From an uncultured Holophagales bacterium (GTDB lineage: Bacteria; Acidobacteriota; Thermoanaerobaculia; Multivoradales; UBA5704): DNA of 64,000 nt. Numbering within the stretch: the first letter of the stretch is position 1; each line of letters begins with the position of its first letter. Below the pieces are notes generated by a model that was not told the DNA's origin, made no database searches, and was given only the letters and a program-made list of their open reading frames with translations. The translations under genes and the position numbers were made by a program. Location: the NCBI GenBank assembly GCA_963842525.1, contig CAWJGT010000025.1, forward strand, positions 477,625-541,624. Direction: 5' to 3'. Positions 37,899 through 49,625 of the stretch are shown here, piece after piece.

Positions 37899-39363
37899 CG
37901 TTCCGCGCCGGGGCTCGGACCGTCACGGCGAGCTTGGGCTCGGCCGGGGTCCTCTGGTGTGCGCTCAGAAACGTCTCGGGTTTGCTGAAGACCTTGGCGA
38001 TGTTCATCCCCTTGCGCACGGCTCCCAGCGAGACCTTGCCGGTGGCCAGGGCCGCTCCAAGCGCCAGGTAGGTTCGCGCCTTGCCGCGGTGGCGGTAGCG
38101 GACGTCGAGGACGTGCCGCCAGAGCCGCGAGTATTCCTCGTAGAACTCCTCCAGCGGGAGCTTGGTCGGGAGCACGGCGTGGACGATGTCGTACATCTCC
38201 CAGTCGTGGGTCGTGACGTGCTGCTTCGCGGTGTCCCAGAGGTCGGTGCCGGGCAGCGGGGTCAGGACCGAGAAGCCGCTATTGTAGGCGCCGGTGTCGT
38301 CAATCCAGGCGCGCAGGCGGGCGAAGTCCTCCCGGTCCCAGGCCGGATCGACGATGAAGTTGGGCGTGTAGCCAACACCCAGCTCTTTGAGGATCGCCAG
38401 GGCGCGGACGTTGTTGTTGGCCGTGTTGCTCTTGTTGACGGCCTTGAGGCCCTCGTCCGTGACCGACTCCAGGCCCAGGAAGATGGAGAGGCTGCCGCAA
38501 TCTTTCCACATCTCGATGAGATGCGGGAACTTGCAGATGATGTCGGTCCGGGTCTGGACGGTGAAGTATTTGCGGATACCGGCCGCCTTGATCTGCCGCG
38601 CCATCTCTTCGCCGCGCCGAACGTCCATCCAGAAGATGTCGTCCGTGATGAAGACGTTGGGCGCTTCGATCTGCTGGAGCTCGCGGACGACCCGCTCGGG
38701 CGACTTCTCGCGGAAGGTGCTCTCGTGGAATTTCCAGACCGAGCAGAAGTTGCACTTGAATGGACAGCCGCGGGCAGTCTCCATCAGGGCCAGGGGCTTC
38801 CTGAAATTGATGTAGTAGCTGGGCGCGTAGTGGGCGATCAGGTGGCGCGCCGGCAGGGGCAGGGTGTCCAGGTCCTTGCGGGTCGGCGCATGGCCGGTGA
38901 AGGTGGGGCCGTTGCTGGTCTTCAGGAGCAAGCCCGGGACTTTCGCCAGGTCGCCGCCGCGGTCCAGCGCCTCGACCAGGGTGGGCATGACCTCTTCGCC
39001 GTCGCCGATGGCCACGGCGTCCAGGGCCGGATGGCCGAACCAGTCGGGCTCCCGGGAGGCGTCGTGCCCTCCCACGACGATGAAGGCGTCCGGGATCTCG
39101 CGGCGCACCCGCTCGGCCAGGCGGAGGGTGCGGGGGCGCTCGGTCGTGAAGTTGCACTGCAGACCCACGACCCGCGGCTCGAAGGCGCGGCACAGGGCCA
39201 TGCCCTTTTCTTCCCCCTCGATGCGCAGGTCGAAGATCCGGACCGTGTGACCGTCGGCCTCCAGGCCGCCGGCGATGGAGATCGGGCCGAGAGGCTCGAC
39301 GAAGGTCAGCATCTCGAGACCCAGAATCCCGCCGACGGGGGGTTTGAGAAAGGCAATGTGCAT
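37729..39363 (-). CDS. Cobalamin-dependent radical SAM methyltransferase (HpnR-like); true 3' end probably near 37920
   Basis: EPLG, VVGGHDA (B12 domain), ETARGCPFKCNFCSVW, LTPLPGT. Confidence 0.85.
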   Translation of the reverse strand: MHIAFLKPPVGGILGLEMLTFVEPLGPISIAGGLEADGHTVRIFDLRIEGEEKGMALCRAFEPRVVGLQCNFTTERPRTLRLAERVRREIPDAFIVVGGHDASREPDWFGHPALDAVAIGDGEEVMPTLVEALDRGGDLAKVPGLLLKTSNGPTFTGHAPTRKDLDTLPLPARHLIAHYAPSYYINFRKPLALMETARGCPFKCNFCSVWKFHESTFREKSPERVVRELQQIEAPNVFITDDIFWMDVRRGEEMARQIKAAGIRKYFTVQTRTDIICKFPHLIEMWKDCGSLSIFLGLESVTDEGLKAVNKSNTANNNVRALAILKELGVGYTPNFIVDPAWDREDFARLRAWIDDTGAYNSGFSVLTPLPGTDLWDTAKQHVTTHDWEMYDIVHAVLPTKLPLEEFYEEYSRLWRHVLDVRYRHRGKARTYLALGAALATGKVSLGAVRKGMNIAKVFSKPETFLSAHQRTPAEPKLAVTVRAPARNDGDSIQPPPRHCGRYPHTDRRNDSPLAPIGRSSDLALLDRRLFPGRFPALRCLAYR

Positions 39364-39458
39364 GGCCGCCTCCAAGCTTACGAAGTCAACGGTGCAGGAT
39401 AGCAGAAACAGGGACTCGTCGAAGTGGGGCGGAGGCGGAGTTTCCCCCCGCCCCAAGA

Positions 39459-39612
39459 CCCTCACCCCCTGGCCCCCTCTCCCACCCGCACTCCCATCCT
39501 CCCGGGAGAGGGGGAACCCCCCAACGCTCTTTTTTTCAAGACCTTGGGCGGTGGCGCCCCCTCTCCCGGGTGGGCGTGAGTGCGGGTGGGAGAGGGGGAC
39601 GGCTGGTGAGGG
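39459..39612. repeat. Intergenic palindromic REP-like element, copy 3
   Basis: Same family as 90-252. Confidence 0.75.
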
Positions 39613-39734
39613 TGGGCGGCGGGAGGCCCCCGCTACGACGATTTTGACGGAACCCTGATAGCAGAAATGCCCCGCCGCGCTTTCGGGGATCTATCGGGGA
39701 TAATGGCATCCGACCGAAGGCCAATGACCAGGCC

Positions 39735-41294
39735 ATGACCAGGAGAGCTATCTTGCGCATCGACACCCCCCTCCGCCTCCCCCTTTCCCTCATCCTCGCC
39801 CTTTCCCTGCTCGCGTCGCTCGCAGTTGCTCAGGCGCAGCCGGACAAGAAGGTCGAGATCCCCCCGTACCAGCCGCCGAAGCCGGAAGAGAAGATCGTCA
39901 CCACCCACCACCGGATCACCGTCGGCGGCACGGCGATCTCCTATACCGCCAACACCGGCACCTTGCTGCTCAAGGAGGAGGACGGCCGGCCCAAGGCCTC
40001 GGTCTTCTTCATCGCCTATACGAAGGACGGCGTCCAGGACCCCGCGAAGCGGCCGGTCACCTACACCTTCAACGGCGGTCCGGGCTCGTCCTCGGTCTGG
40101 CTCCACCTGGGCGCCTTCGGGCCGCGCCGGGTGGTCATGGACGACGAAGGGCTGACGGCCGCGCCCCCCTACCGCCTGACCGACAATGCCGAGTCGCTCC
40201 TCGACGTGACCGACCTCGTGTTCATCGATCCGGTCTCCACCGGCTTCAGCCGGGCGGTCCCGGGCGAGAACCCGAGGCAGTTCCACGGCGTCCAGGAGGA
40301 CGTCGAGTCGGTCGGGGAATTCATCCGTCTCTGGACGAGCCGCTTCGGGCGCTGGGCCTCGCCCAAATTCCTGGCTGGCGAGAGCTACGGCACGACCCGC
40401 GCGGCCGGGCTCTCGAACTATCTCCAGGACCGGCACGGGATGTACTTCAACGGTCTCGTCCTCATCTCGTCCATCCTCAACTTCCAGACCGCCTACTTCA
40501 ACGTCGGCAACGACCTCGGCTATCCGCTCTTCCTGCCGACCTACACGGCGACCGCCTGGTACCACAAGAAGCTGCCGGACGACCTCCAGCGGGCCGGCCT
40601 GAAGCAGGCGGTAGCCGAGGCCGAGCGCTTCGCCCAGGGCGAGTACGCGGCGGCGCTGATGCTTGGCAACGATCTCACGCCCGAAGCACGGCGCGACCTC
40701 GCCGGCAAGCTCTCGCGCTACACCGGGCTCTCCCCCGACTACCTTCTGCGGACCAACCTCCGGCCGGTCATCCACAACTTCATCAAGGAGCTGCTGCGCG
40801 ACCAGCGGCTGACCGTGGGACGGCTCGACAGCCGGTTCCGCGGGGTCGACCTCAACGCGGCGGCCGAAGAGTCCGAGCGCGATCCCAGCTACTCCGCGAT
40901 CCAGGGGCCGTATACGGCGATGCTCAACAGCTACGTGAGCGGCGAGCTCGGCTTCCGCAGCGATCTGCCCTACGAGATCCTGACCGGCGTGGGACCCTGG
41001 AATTATGGCGAGCTGGGCAGGAACCAGTACGTCAACGTGGCCGACGACCTGCGGCAGGCGATGGCGCAGAACCCCGCCCTCAAGGTCTTCGTGGGCAACG
41101 GCTACTACGACCTGGCCACACCCTTCTTCGCCACCCGGTACACCTTCGACCACCTCTCCTTCGATCCCGGCTTCGAGGAGCGGGTGACCATGACCTACTA
41201 CGAGGCGGGCCACATGATGTACATCCGCAAGGTCGATCGGGAGAAGCTCAAGGCGGACGTGGCGGCGTTCATCAAGGGGGCGAGCGGAGGGTAG
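39735..41294 (+). CDS. Secreted peptidase S10 (serine carboxypeptidase)
   Basis: FNGGPGSSS, DPVSTGFS, GESYG, GYYDLATP, YEAGHMMY. Confidence 0.93.
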   Translation: MTRRAILRIDTPLRLPLSLILALSLLASLAVAQAQPDKKVEIPPYQPPKPEEKIVTTHHRITVGGTAISYTANTGTLLLKEEDGRPKASVFFIAYTKDGVQDPAKRPVTYTFNGGPGSSSVWLHLGAFGPRRVVMDDEGLTAAPPYRLTDNAESLLDVTDLVFIDPVSTGFSRAVPGENPRQFHGVQEDVESVGEFIRLWTSRFGRWASPKFLAGESYGTTRAAGLSNYLQDRHGMYFNGLVLISSILNFQTAYFNVGNDLGYPLFLPTYTATAWYHKKLPDDLQRAGLKQAVAEAERFAQGEYAAALMLGNDLTPEARRDLAGKLSRYTGLSPDYLLRTNLRPVIHNFIKELLRDQRLTVGRLDSRFRGVDLNAAAEESERDPSYSAIQGPYTAMLNSYVSGELGFRSDLPYEILTGVGPWNYGELGRNQYVNVADDLRQAMAQNPALKVFVGNGYYDLATPFFATRYTFDHLSFDPGFEERVTMTYYEAGHMMYIRKVDREKLKADVAAFIKGASGG

Positions 41295-41959
41295 GGAGGC
41301 TTGCGGACGGGCCGGCCTGGATGCCTATCAGGTCACCTGTTATCGATTCGGCGTGACCTGGTGGCCTATCGGGTGACTGTGGATCGATCCAGGGAGCTCT
41401 CGATACGTAGTGGGTCTTCGATAACGATCCAGGGTGACCCTGAACGCCTATCGCCGACGCTGGATCGATCCAGGCGCTCTGGATGAGTGTCGGATGACCC
41501 GATAGCGATCCAGGGTGGCCCGATACGCCTGACGGGCGACGCTCGATCGATAGAGGCCGCTCTGGATGTCTATCGGGTCTCTGATATCGATCCAGAGTGA
41601 TCCAAACGTTTAACGGGTGACCCGACAACGGTCCAGGTGACTCTGAACGCTTATGGTGCGACGCTGGATCGATACAGGTCGCTCTGGATGCCTGTTGGCC
41701 GGCGCATGCAGCCGCCTTGGTCGCGGGGGCCTTGGAGACGCCCTGGCCGCGGTGGTTTCCGCGAAGTTGGTGGTCGTGGACTAGGGCGTCTCTACGGGCG
41801 GCCGGCCGGGCCGGCCGGTTGTTATCCAGGCCATACACATTCTAACAGCAGAGACGGCGGTCGAGGACGTCCGCCCGCCTGTGCTAGCATCCCGTCACTC
41901 CGCCCGGGCCTTGCGCGGGCGGCCTGCGACATCCGGGTTTCCTCCGCCGTAGACAGGAG

Positions 41960-43145
41960 ATGTTGATGGACGACGTCGTCATTCTGAGCGCGGTCCGTAC
42001 GCCCGTGGGGGCGTTTCAGGGAGCGCTGGCAGGCTTGCCGGCCCATGCCCTCGGGGCGCGGGCTCTGGCTGCCTCTTTTGAACGGGCCGGCTTGACTGCC
42101 GACCAGATCCAGCAGGTCAACATGGGGTGCGTGCTGCCGGCCGGGCAGGGCCAGGCGCCGGCCCGCCAGGCGGCCCTCGGCGCCGGCTGCCCTCCCGCTA
42201 CCGGGGCCCTGACTCTGAACAAGGTCTGCGGCTCGGGCATGCGCGCCGTCATGATCGCTGCCAACGACCTGCGCTGCGGCGACTTCCAGGTGGTGGCCGC
42301 GGGCGGCATGGAGAGCATGAGCCAGGCTCCGTACCTGGCAGCCGGCGTCCGCGACGGGCTGCGCCTCGGCCATGGCAAGCTGATCGACTCGATGATCCAT
42401 GACGGGCTCTGGGACCCGTACAACGACCTCCACATGGGCAACTGCGCCGAGCTCTGCGCGTCGGAATACAAGGTCGGCCGCGAGGAGCAGGACGCCTACT
42501 CGCTGGAGAGCTATCGCCGCGCCCGGGGGCGACCGAGAAGGGGCTCTTCGCCGAGGAGATCGTCCCGGTCACGGTCAAGGGCCGCAAGGGCGACACGGTG
42601 GTCGACCGCGACGAGGAGCCGTTCAAGGTCGACCTGTCGCGCATGTCGACCCTGAAGCCGGCTTTCCAGAAGGACGGCACGGTCACCGCCGCCAACGCCA
42701 GCAAGATCAACGACGGCGCCTCCGCCCTGGTGCTCACCACGGCATCGCAGGCGGCAGGGCTCGGTCGCGCGGCCGATCGCGCGGATCGTGGCGCATGCGT
42801 CGCTGGCCCAGCGGCCGGAGTGGTTCACCACGGCCCCGGTCGGCGCCGTGCGGTCGGTGCTCGAGCGCGCCGGCCTCAAGGCGGCCGACATCGACCTCTG
42901 GGAGGTCAACGAGGCGTTCGCCGTCGTGGCGATCGCCTTCATCCGCGAGCTCGGGCTCGATCCGCAGCGGGTCAACGTGCGCGGCGGCGCCGTGGCTCTC
43001 GGCCATCCGATCGGCTCGTCCGGCGCGCGCATCCTGGTCACCCTGCTCCACGCCCTGCGCGAGCAGCGGGAAGCGGCTCGGCTGCGCCGCCATCTGCATC
43101 GGCGGCGGCGAGGCTACCGCGATGGTGGTCGAGCGGCTAGACTAG
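41960..43145 (+). CDS. Acetyl-CoA C-acyltransferase (thiolase), several frameshifts
   Basis: [38 protein letters not shown]. Confidence 0.9.
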
Positions 43146-43152
43146 CGCCCGC

Positions 43153-45559
43153 ATGATCGACGCCGTCCGCGGTCCCCTGAGCCTCTTCCTCGTGCTCTGC
43201 CTCGCGCTGGCCGCCCCCGCGGCCGGACAGGAGCCGTTGCCTACGATGCCGCCGGCCGAGGAGGGGGCGGAACCGCCGCCGTCGCCTCCGGCACCGGCAC
43301 CGACCACGCCCGAGGCCTCGGGGACCCAGGCGCCGCCCGCCGGAGGCACGACGGCGCCCGCTCCCGCTCCTCAAACCCCGCCGGGCCCGCCCGCGTCACC
43401 CCTCTCCCCGGAGGAACGGATCGACTTCCAGCTCCAGTTCCCTGCGGACCAGGGGGGCGGCAGCGCCATCGGCAACGCCGCTTCGCTCGACTACGAGCGG
43501 GACAACTATGCGGTGCTCGAAGGCAGCGTCCGCATCAAGTACCAGGACGTCGACCTGCAGGCCGATCGCGCCGAGATCGATCTCTTGACCAAAATTGTCA
43601 CCGCCACGGGCAACGTCATCATCGACCAGGGGCCGCGCCGGCTCACCGGCGAGACGGCCGTCTACGACCTCGACACCAAGACCGGGACGCTCACCACGGC
43701 GACCGCCCAGGTGGCCCCCGACTACTACTTCCGCGGCGAGGAGATCGCCAAGACCGGCGAGGAAACCTATACGATCACCCGCGGCATGTTCACCTCCTGC
43801 AGCCAGGAGGTGCCCGACTGGAGCTTCCGCGTCGGCCACGCGAGCGTCGAGATCGAGGGCTATGCCCACATCCGCAACGCCTCGATGCGGGCCAAGAAGC
43901 TGCCGGTGTTCTATACCCCGTACATCCTCTGGCCGGTCAAGCGCGAACGCTCCTCGGGCCTGTTGATCCCGAACTTCGGATATTCCGAGCGCCGCGGCGC
44001 CTCGCTGGGGCTGGCCTATTTCCAGACCCTCGGCCGCAGCTACGACACGACGTTCCACCTTGACCTCTTCAGCGAGAACTACATGGGCGTGGGCAACGAG
44101 CTCCGCTACCGGCCCAGCGAGGGGACGCGGGGCGACGTCATCGCCTATGCGGTCCGCGACCCCTTCGCGCTGGAGGAGGAGGACTGGCGCTGGAAGGTGG
44201 AGTGGAACCACGTCACCAACGACCTGCCGTGGGGGATGCGCGGCATGGTCCACTTCCAGGACTTCTCGGACTTCAACTTTTTCCGCGACTTCGAGCGCGA
44301 TTTCGATCGCAATACGCTGCGTTTCATCGACAGCCGCGCCTCCGTGACCGGCAACTGGGGACCGCACCTCCTCAACCTCCTGCTCAACAGCCGCGAGACC
44401 TTCATCAGCTTCGACCAGTCGGTCGACCAGCGCAAGCTTCCCGAGATCGAGTACCGGCTGCGCCAGACCCGGCTCGGCCGCACGCCGCTCTATCTCCAGT
44501 TCCAGGGCTCGGCGTCCTACCTCGACATCGTCCGGCCGGACTCCTACGCCGGGGCCTACGGCCGCGTCGATGCGTTTCCGCAGCTCACGCTGCCGATCCG
44601 CTCGTTCCCCTGGCTTTCGCTTTCGCTTTCCGGCGGCGAGCGCCTGACCTGGTACAGCGATATCGCTGACCACAGACCGAGACGGGCCCCCAGTTCGGCG
44701 GCGAGGCGCTGACCCGCGCCGTGCCTGTTCGGCAGCGCCGAGATCGTCGGGCCGTCCTTCTCGCGCATCTTCTACCGCCAGATGGGCGACTACACCCGCT
44801 TCAAGCACGTCATCGAGCCGCGCTGGACATACACCTATCTGGGGGAGCTGGACCTGGAGCAGCAGACGGAGATCCCGCTGTTCGACGAGGTGGACTCGCT
44901 GACGTCGACCAACTCCGGGCGGTTCGCGCTGGTCAACCGCGTGCTGGCCAAGCCGAAGAACGAGAAGGCGAGCGCCCGCGAGATCTTCCTCTTCGAGCTC
45001 GCCCGCGCGCTACAGCTTCGACTCCACGCAGCCGCTGCAGCAGGGGTCGGGCCCCGCGCGGCACGCCGATCACCTCTGCGGCCGGCCCGTTCGAGGCGCT
45101 GGTGCGGTTCAACCCGGCCGGCGGCATCAGCTTCAAGCTGGAGGCGATCTACAACACCTTGTTCAGCAGACCTGGCGTCGACCGGGCTGTCGGGCAACTA
45201 CGGCTTCGGCCGCGGCAATTCGCTCGGCCTGACCTGGTTTACCCGTTATACGCCCGAGAACGGCGAGACGGTGGGCGACCAGATCCGGGTCTTCGGCGGG
45301 ATCAACCTGCTGCCGCGCAAGCTGCGTCTCGAAGGGCAGGTCAACTACGACCTCGAGGAGAAGCTCCTGCAGCAGCAGCGCTATATCCTGAACTGGACGG
45401 CCCAGTGCTACGGCGTCCGCCTCGAGCTGCGCGACTTCCGCGACCGGCGAGGGGCCGCAGCGGATCAGCGACAGGGACTTCCGCTTCTCGCTCAGCCTGA
45501 AGAACGTGGGGACCTTCCTGGACCTGACCAGCCGCAGCAGCTCGACCATCGAGCCGTAA
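43153..45559 (+). CDS. lptD: LPS-assembly protein LptD, frameshifted
   Basis: OstA-like N-domain, FTSC, SGLLIP, KHVIEP, QCYG near the C-terminus. Confidence 0.85.
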
Positions 45560-45577
45560 TCCGCATTTGTGGGAGGA

Positions 45578-46659
45578 ATGATGAAGGGCTTGATCCTGTC
45601 CGGGGGCAAGGGGACGCGCCTGCGCCCGCTGACCTACACCTCGGCCAAGCAGCTCGTGCCGGTCGCCAACAAGCCGGTGCTCTTCTATGCCATCGAGGCG
45701 ATCGTCGAGGCGGGCATCATCGACATCGGCATCATCGTCGGCGAAACCCATGCGCGAGATCCGCGCCGCGGTAGGCGACGGCTCACGGTTCGGCGCCCGC
45801 GTCACCTACATCCAGCAGGCCGAGCCGCTCGGCCTCGCCCATGCGGTGATGATCTCCGAGGAGTTCCTCGAACGGCTCGTCCTTCGTCATGTACCTGGGG
45901 GACAACCTGATCGCCGGCGGCATCACCAGCCTGGTCGAGGAGTTCAAGAGCCTGGGCTGCCACTCCGAGATCCTGCTCGCCGAGGTGCCCAACCCCGAGC
46001 AGTTCGGCGTCGCCGAGCTGACCGACGAGGGCAAAGTCCGCCGGCTGGTCGAAAAGCCGCGCGAGCCGCAGAGCAACCTGGCGCTCGTCGGCGTCTACAT
46101 GTTCGATCCGCACATCTTCGAGTCGGTGCGGCGGATCAAACCTTCCTGGCGCGACGAGCTGGAGATCACCGACGCCATCCAGGACCTGATCGACCGCGGC
46201 CTCGACGTCCATCCCCACATCGTGCGCGGCTGGTGGAAGGACACCGGTAAGCTGGAGGACATGCTGGAGGCCAACCGCATCGTGCTCGAAGGGCTGGACG
46301 CGCGGCGTGGCGTCACGATCGGGGCGATCGGGGACAACAGCCGGATCGAGGGACGGGTGTTCATTGGTGAAGGTGTCGAGCTGATCGATTCGCTGGTGCG
46401 CGGTCCGGTCGTGATCGGCGACGGCACCCGCCTGGAGCACGCTTTCGTCGGCCCCTACACCTCGATCGGCGAGCGCTGCAAGCTGATGCATTGCGAGGTG
46501 GAGAACTCGATCATCCTGGCCGACAGCGAGATCCGCGACATCCCGCTGCGCATCGACGGCTCGCTGATCGGCCGCAACGTGCGGATCGTCAAGACCGACT
46601 TCAAGCCCAAGGCCTACCGCTTCATGTTGGGGGACAATTCGGAGGTCGGGATCACCTAG
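45578..46659 (+). CDS. rfbA: Glucose-1-phosphate thymidylyltransferase (long form), frameshifted
   Basis: [48 protein letters not shown]. Confidence 0.9.
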
Positions 46660-47549
46660 ATGCGTGCCCTGATCCTCGGCGGCGCCGGCATGCTGGGCCG
46701 GGCGCTGGTGGCGGAGGCGCGGAGCCGCGGCGAGGCGGCGCTCGCGCTCTCCCGCGAGCAGGCCGACGTCACGGACCCCGAACGCCTGCGCTTCTGGGTC
46801 GAGAGCTTCCGGCCGGACACGGTGATCAACTGCGCCGCCTTCACCCAGGTCGACGCCTGCGAAGGCGAAGGGCGCGAGCGGGCCTTCGCGGTCAACGGCG
46901 ACCGCGGTGGCGCACGTGGCCGCAGCGGCCGGCCTCGCCGGGGCGCGGCTGGTCCACGTCTCGACCGACTACGTTTTCGACGGTGCTGCGGGCGAGGCGC
47001 GGGAGCCGTACCGCGAGGACGCGCCCACGGACCCCGCTCTCGGTCTACGGCCAGAGCAAGCTCGCCGGCGAGCGCGAAGCCCTGCGCGCTACGAGCGCTC
47101 CCTGGTGGTGCGGACGAGCTGGCTCTTCGGGCCCGGCGGCCCCAACTTCGTGGCCACGATGGTCCGGCTGATCGAAGAGGGCCGGCTGCCGCTGCGCGTG
47201 GTGCGCGACCAGGAGGGGTGCCCCACCTACACGCCGTTCCTGGCCCGGGCGATCCTCGACCTGGCGGATCTGGGTGTGACCGGCGTCGTGCACTACCGCA
47301 ACCGGGAGCCCGTCTCCTGGTACGCTTTCGCGGTCGAGATCGCCCGGCTCTGGTCGGGCAAGCTCAAGGGCGCCGAGGTGGAGCCGGTCACGACCGCCGA
47401 ATTCCCCCGTCCCGCGCCGCGGCCGGCCTGGTCCGTGCTGGACGTCGAGCCGCTTCGAAGAGGCCGCCGGCCGCGTTGTCGAGTCGTGGGGCTGGGGACT
47501 GGCCGAGTATCTGGCCACCCTGAGGAGACCGAGAAAAGGGAGAACGTAG
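46660..47549 (+). CDS. rfbD: dTDP-4-dehydrorhamnose reductase, frameshifted
   Basis: GGAGMLG, NCAAFTQVD, STDYVFDG, YGQSKL, RTSWLFG. Confidence 0.9.
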
Positions 47550-48560
47550 ATGAGGGCTTTGATCACCGGAATCACCGGCTTCGCCGGATCGCACCTGGCG
47601 GAGTACCTGCTCGCCGAGCACCCCGACGTGGAGGTGTTCGGCACCTACCGCTGGCGCAGCCGCATGGACAACATCGAGCACCTGCGCTCGCAAGGTGAAG
47701 CTGCTCGAAGCCGACCTGCGCGACTACCACCTCGATGCACACGGCGCTCGAGCGCTCGCGGCCGGACTACATCTTCCATCTGGCCGCCCAGAGCTTCGTG
47801 CCGTCGAGTTGGACCGCGCCCAGCGAGACGCTCACCACCAACATCGTCGGCCAGACCAACCTCTTCGAGGCGGTCCGCGGCCTGAAGCTCGACCCGGTCA
47901 TCCAGATCGCCTGCTCCAGCGAGCAGTACGGCCTGGTGCTGCCCGACGAGACGCCGATCAAGGAGACCAACCCGCTGCGTCCGCTCTCCCCCTACGCCGT
48001 CTCCAAGGTGAGCCAGGACTACCTCGGCTATCAGTATTTCCAGAGCTACGGCCTCAAGGTGATGCGCACCCGCGGCTTCAACCACACCGGTCCGCGGCGC
48101 GGCCAGGTCTTCGTCACCTCGAACTTCTGCAGCCAGGTGGCGGCCATCGAGCTGGGCCTGCAGGAGCCGGTCATCCGGGTGGGCAACATCGACGCGATCC
48201 GCGACTTCACCGACGTGCGCGACATGGTGCGCGCCTACTGGCTGGCCGTCACCAAGGCCAAGCCCGGCGAGGTCTACAACATCGCGACCGGCCACGGCAT
48301 CCGCATCCGCGACATGCTCGACCGCATCATCGCGCTCTCCGAGCGTCGACGTGAAGATCGAGGTCGACCCCGAGCGCCTCCGCCCGTCCGACGTCGAGAT
48401 CCTGATCGGCGACAGCTCGAAGTTCCGCGCCGACACCGGCTGGGAGCCGCGGATCCCGTTCGAGCAGACGCTGCGCGACCTGCTGGCCTACTGGCGCCGG
48501 ACGCTCGTCGCACGCAAGCAGGCGCAGGAGGCCCTCTCGCACGCGGAGGCGCGGGCCTGA
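47550..48560 (+). CDS. gmd: GDP-mannose 4,6-dehydratase-like SDR, frameshifted
   Basis: ALITGITGFAGSHLAE, HLAAQSFV, SPYAVSK, FNHTGPRR, LRPSDV. Confidence 0.8.
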
Positions 48561-48572
48561 TCCCGCCTCCCC

Positions 48573-49517
48573 ATGCACGTCCTCGTCACCGGCATCAGCG
48601 GCTTCGTCGGCCCGCGGCTCGCCCGCCACCTGCTCGAACAGGGGGACCGGGTGAGCGGCACCTATCTCATCGACCATCCCTGCTTCCCGGGGGCCGACCA
48701 GGTGGACCTCCACGAGGTGGACCTGCTCGACGCGCCCCGGCTGGCGCGGGTGGTCGGCGACCTCGCGCCGGACGCGATCGTCAACCTCGCCGGGCTGTCG
48801 CACGTCGGCGAGTCCTGGACGCGGATGCCCGACTACTTCCGGGTCAACGTGCTGGGGACCGAGAACCTGCTCGCCGCCGCCGCGGGCCGGCCGGTGGTGG
48901 TCGCCTCCAGCGCCGAGGTCTACGGCCTCGTCCCCGACGGCGAGCAGCCGATCGGCGAGGACCGGCAGGTCGACCCGCGCACCCCCTACGCCCTGACCAA
49001 GGCGGCGGCCGAGCGGCTCGCCCTGGCGCACGGCGCGGTGGTGGCCCGCTCGTTCAACCTGATCGGGCCCGGGCAGGCGCCGAAGTTCGCCCTCCCTGCC
49101 TTCGCCGAGCAGCTCGCCGAGATCTCCCGGGGTGACCGGGACGAGCGGGGCGGGCGGGAGCCGGTGCTGCGCGTCGGCAACCTCTCGGCCCGGCGCGACT
49201 TCGTGCATGTGGACGACGGCGCTGCCGCCTTCCGCCTGCTGGCTGAGAAGGGGGAGCCCGGCGGTATCTACAACATTGCGAGCGGCCGGGCGCTGTCGAT
49301 CGGCGAGGCCCTCGACCGCCTGATGGCCGTCTCCGGCGTCCGGGCACGGGTCGAGCCCGACCCCGAGCGGATGCGCCCGGTCGATCTTCCTCTCCTGCTG
49401 GGGGACTCCCGCCGGCTGCGCGGCCTCGGCTGGGAGCCCCGGCGCACCCTCGACGACGCCCTCGCCGGCCTCTGGGCCGCGGTCTGCGCGCCGTTGCCCG
49501 CGACGCCCGTGCCCTGA
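48573..49517 (+). CDS. NAD-dependent epimerase/dehydratase (Rmd/Gmd-like)
   Basis: VTGISGFVG, SSAEVYG, PYALTK, VGNLSARRDF. Confidence 0.85.
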   Translation: MHVLVTGISGFVGPRLARHLLEQGDRVSGTYLIDHPCFPGADQVDLHEVDLLDAPRLARVVGDLAPDAIVNLAGLSHVGESWTRMPDYFRVNVLGTENLLAAAAGRPVVVASSAEVYGLVPDGEQPIGEDRQVDPRTPYALTKAAAERLALAHGAVVARSFNLIGPGQAPKFALPAFAEQLAEISRGDRDERGGREPVLRVGNLSARRDFVHVDDGAAAFRLLAEKGEPGGIYNIASGRALSIGEALDRLMAVSGVRARVEPDPERMRPVDLPLLLGDSRRLRGLGWEPRRTLDDALAGLWAAVCAPLPATPVP

Positions 49518-49625
49518 TTTGTCGTCTTTTTGGCAATCGCCTCGCAAATCGTTTACAATACCGCCCGCCCTTCCTGTTGAAAGGCACGCAGCTCGGCGGA
49601 AGCACCGCCAGGAGACCGCAGCGCT

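Noticed and set aside
41960-48560. Apparent mass pseudogenisation or programmed frameshifting of thiolase, lptD, rfbA, rfbD and gmd
   Set aside because: Scattered single-base indels in conserved, partly essential genes with otherwise intact motifs are best explained by long-read consensus errors
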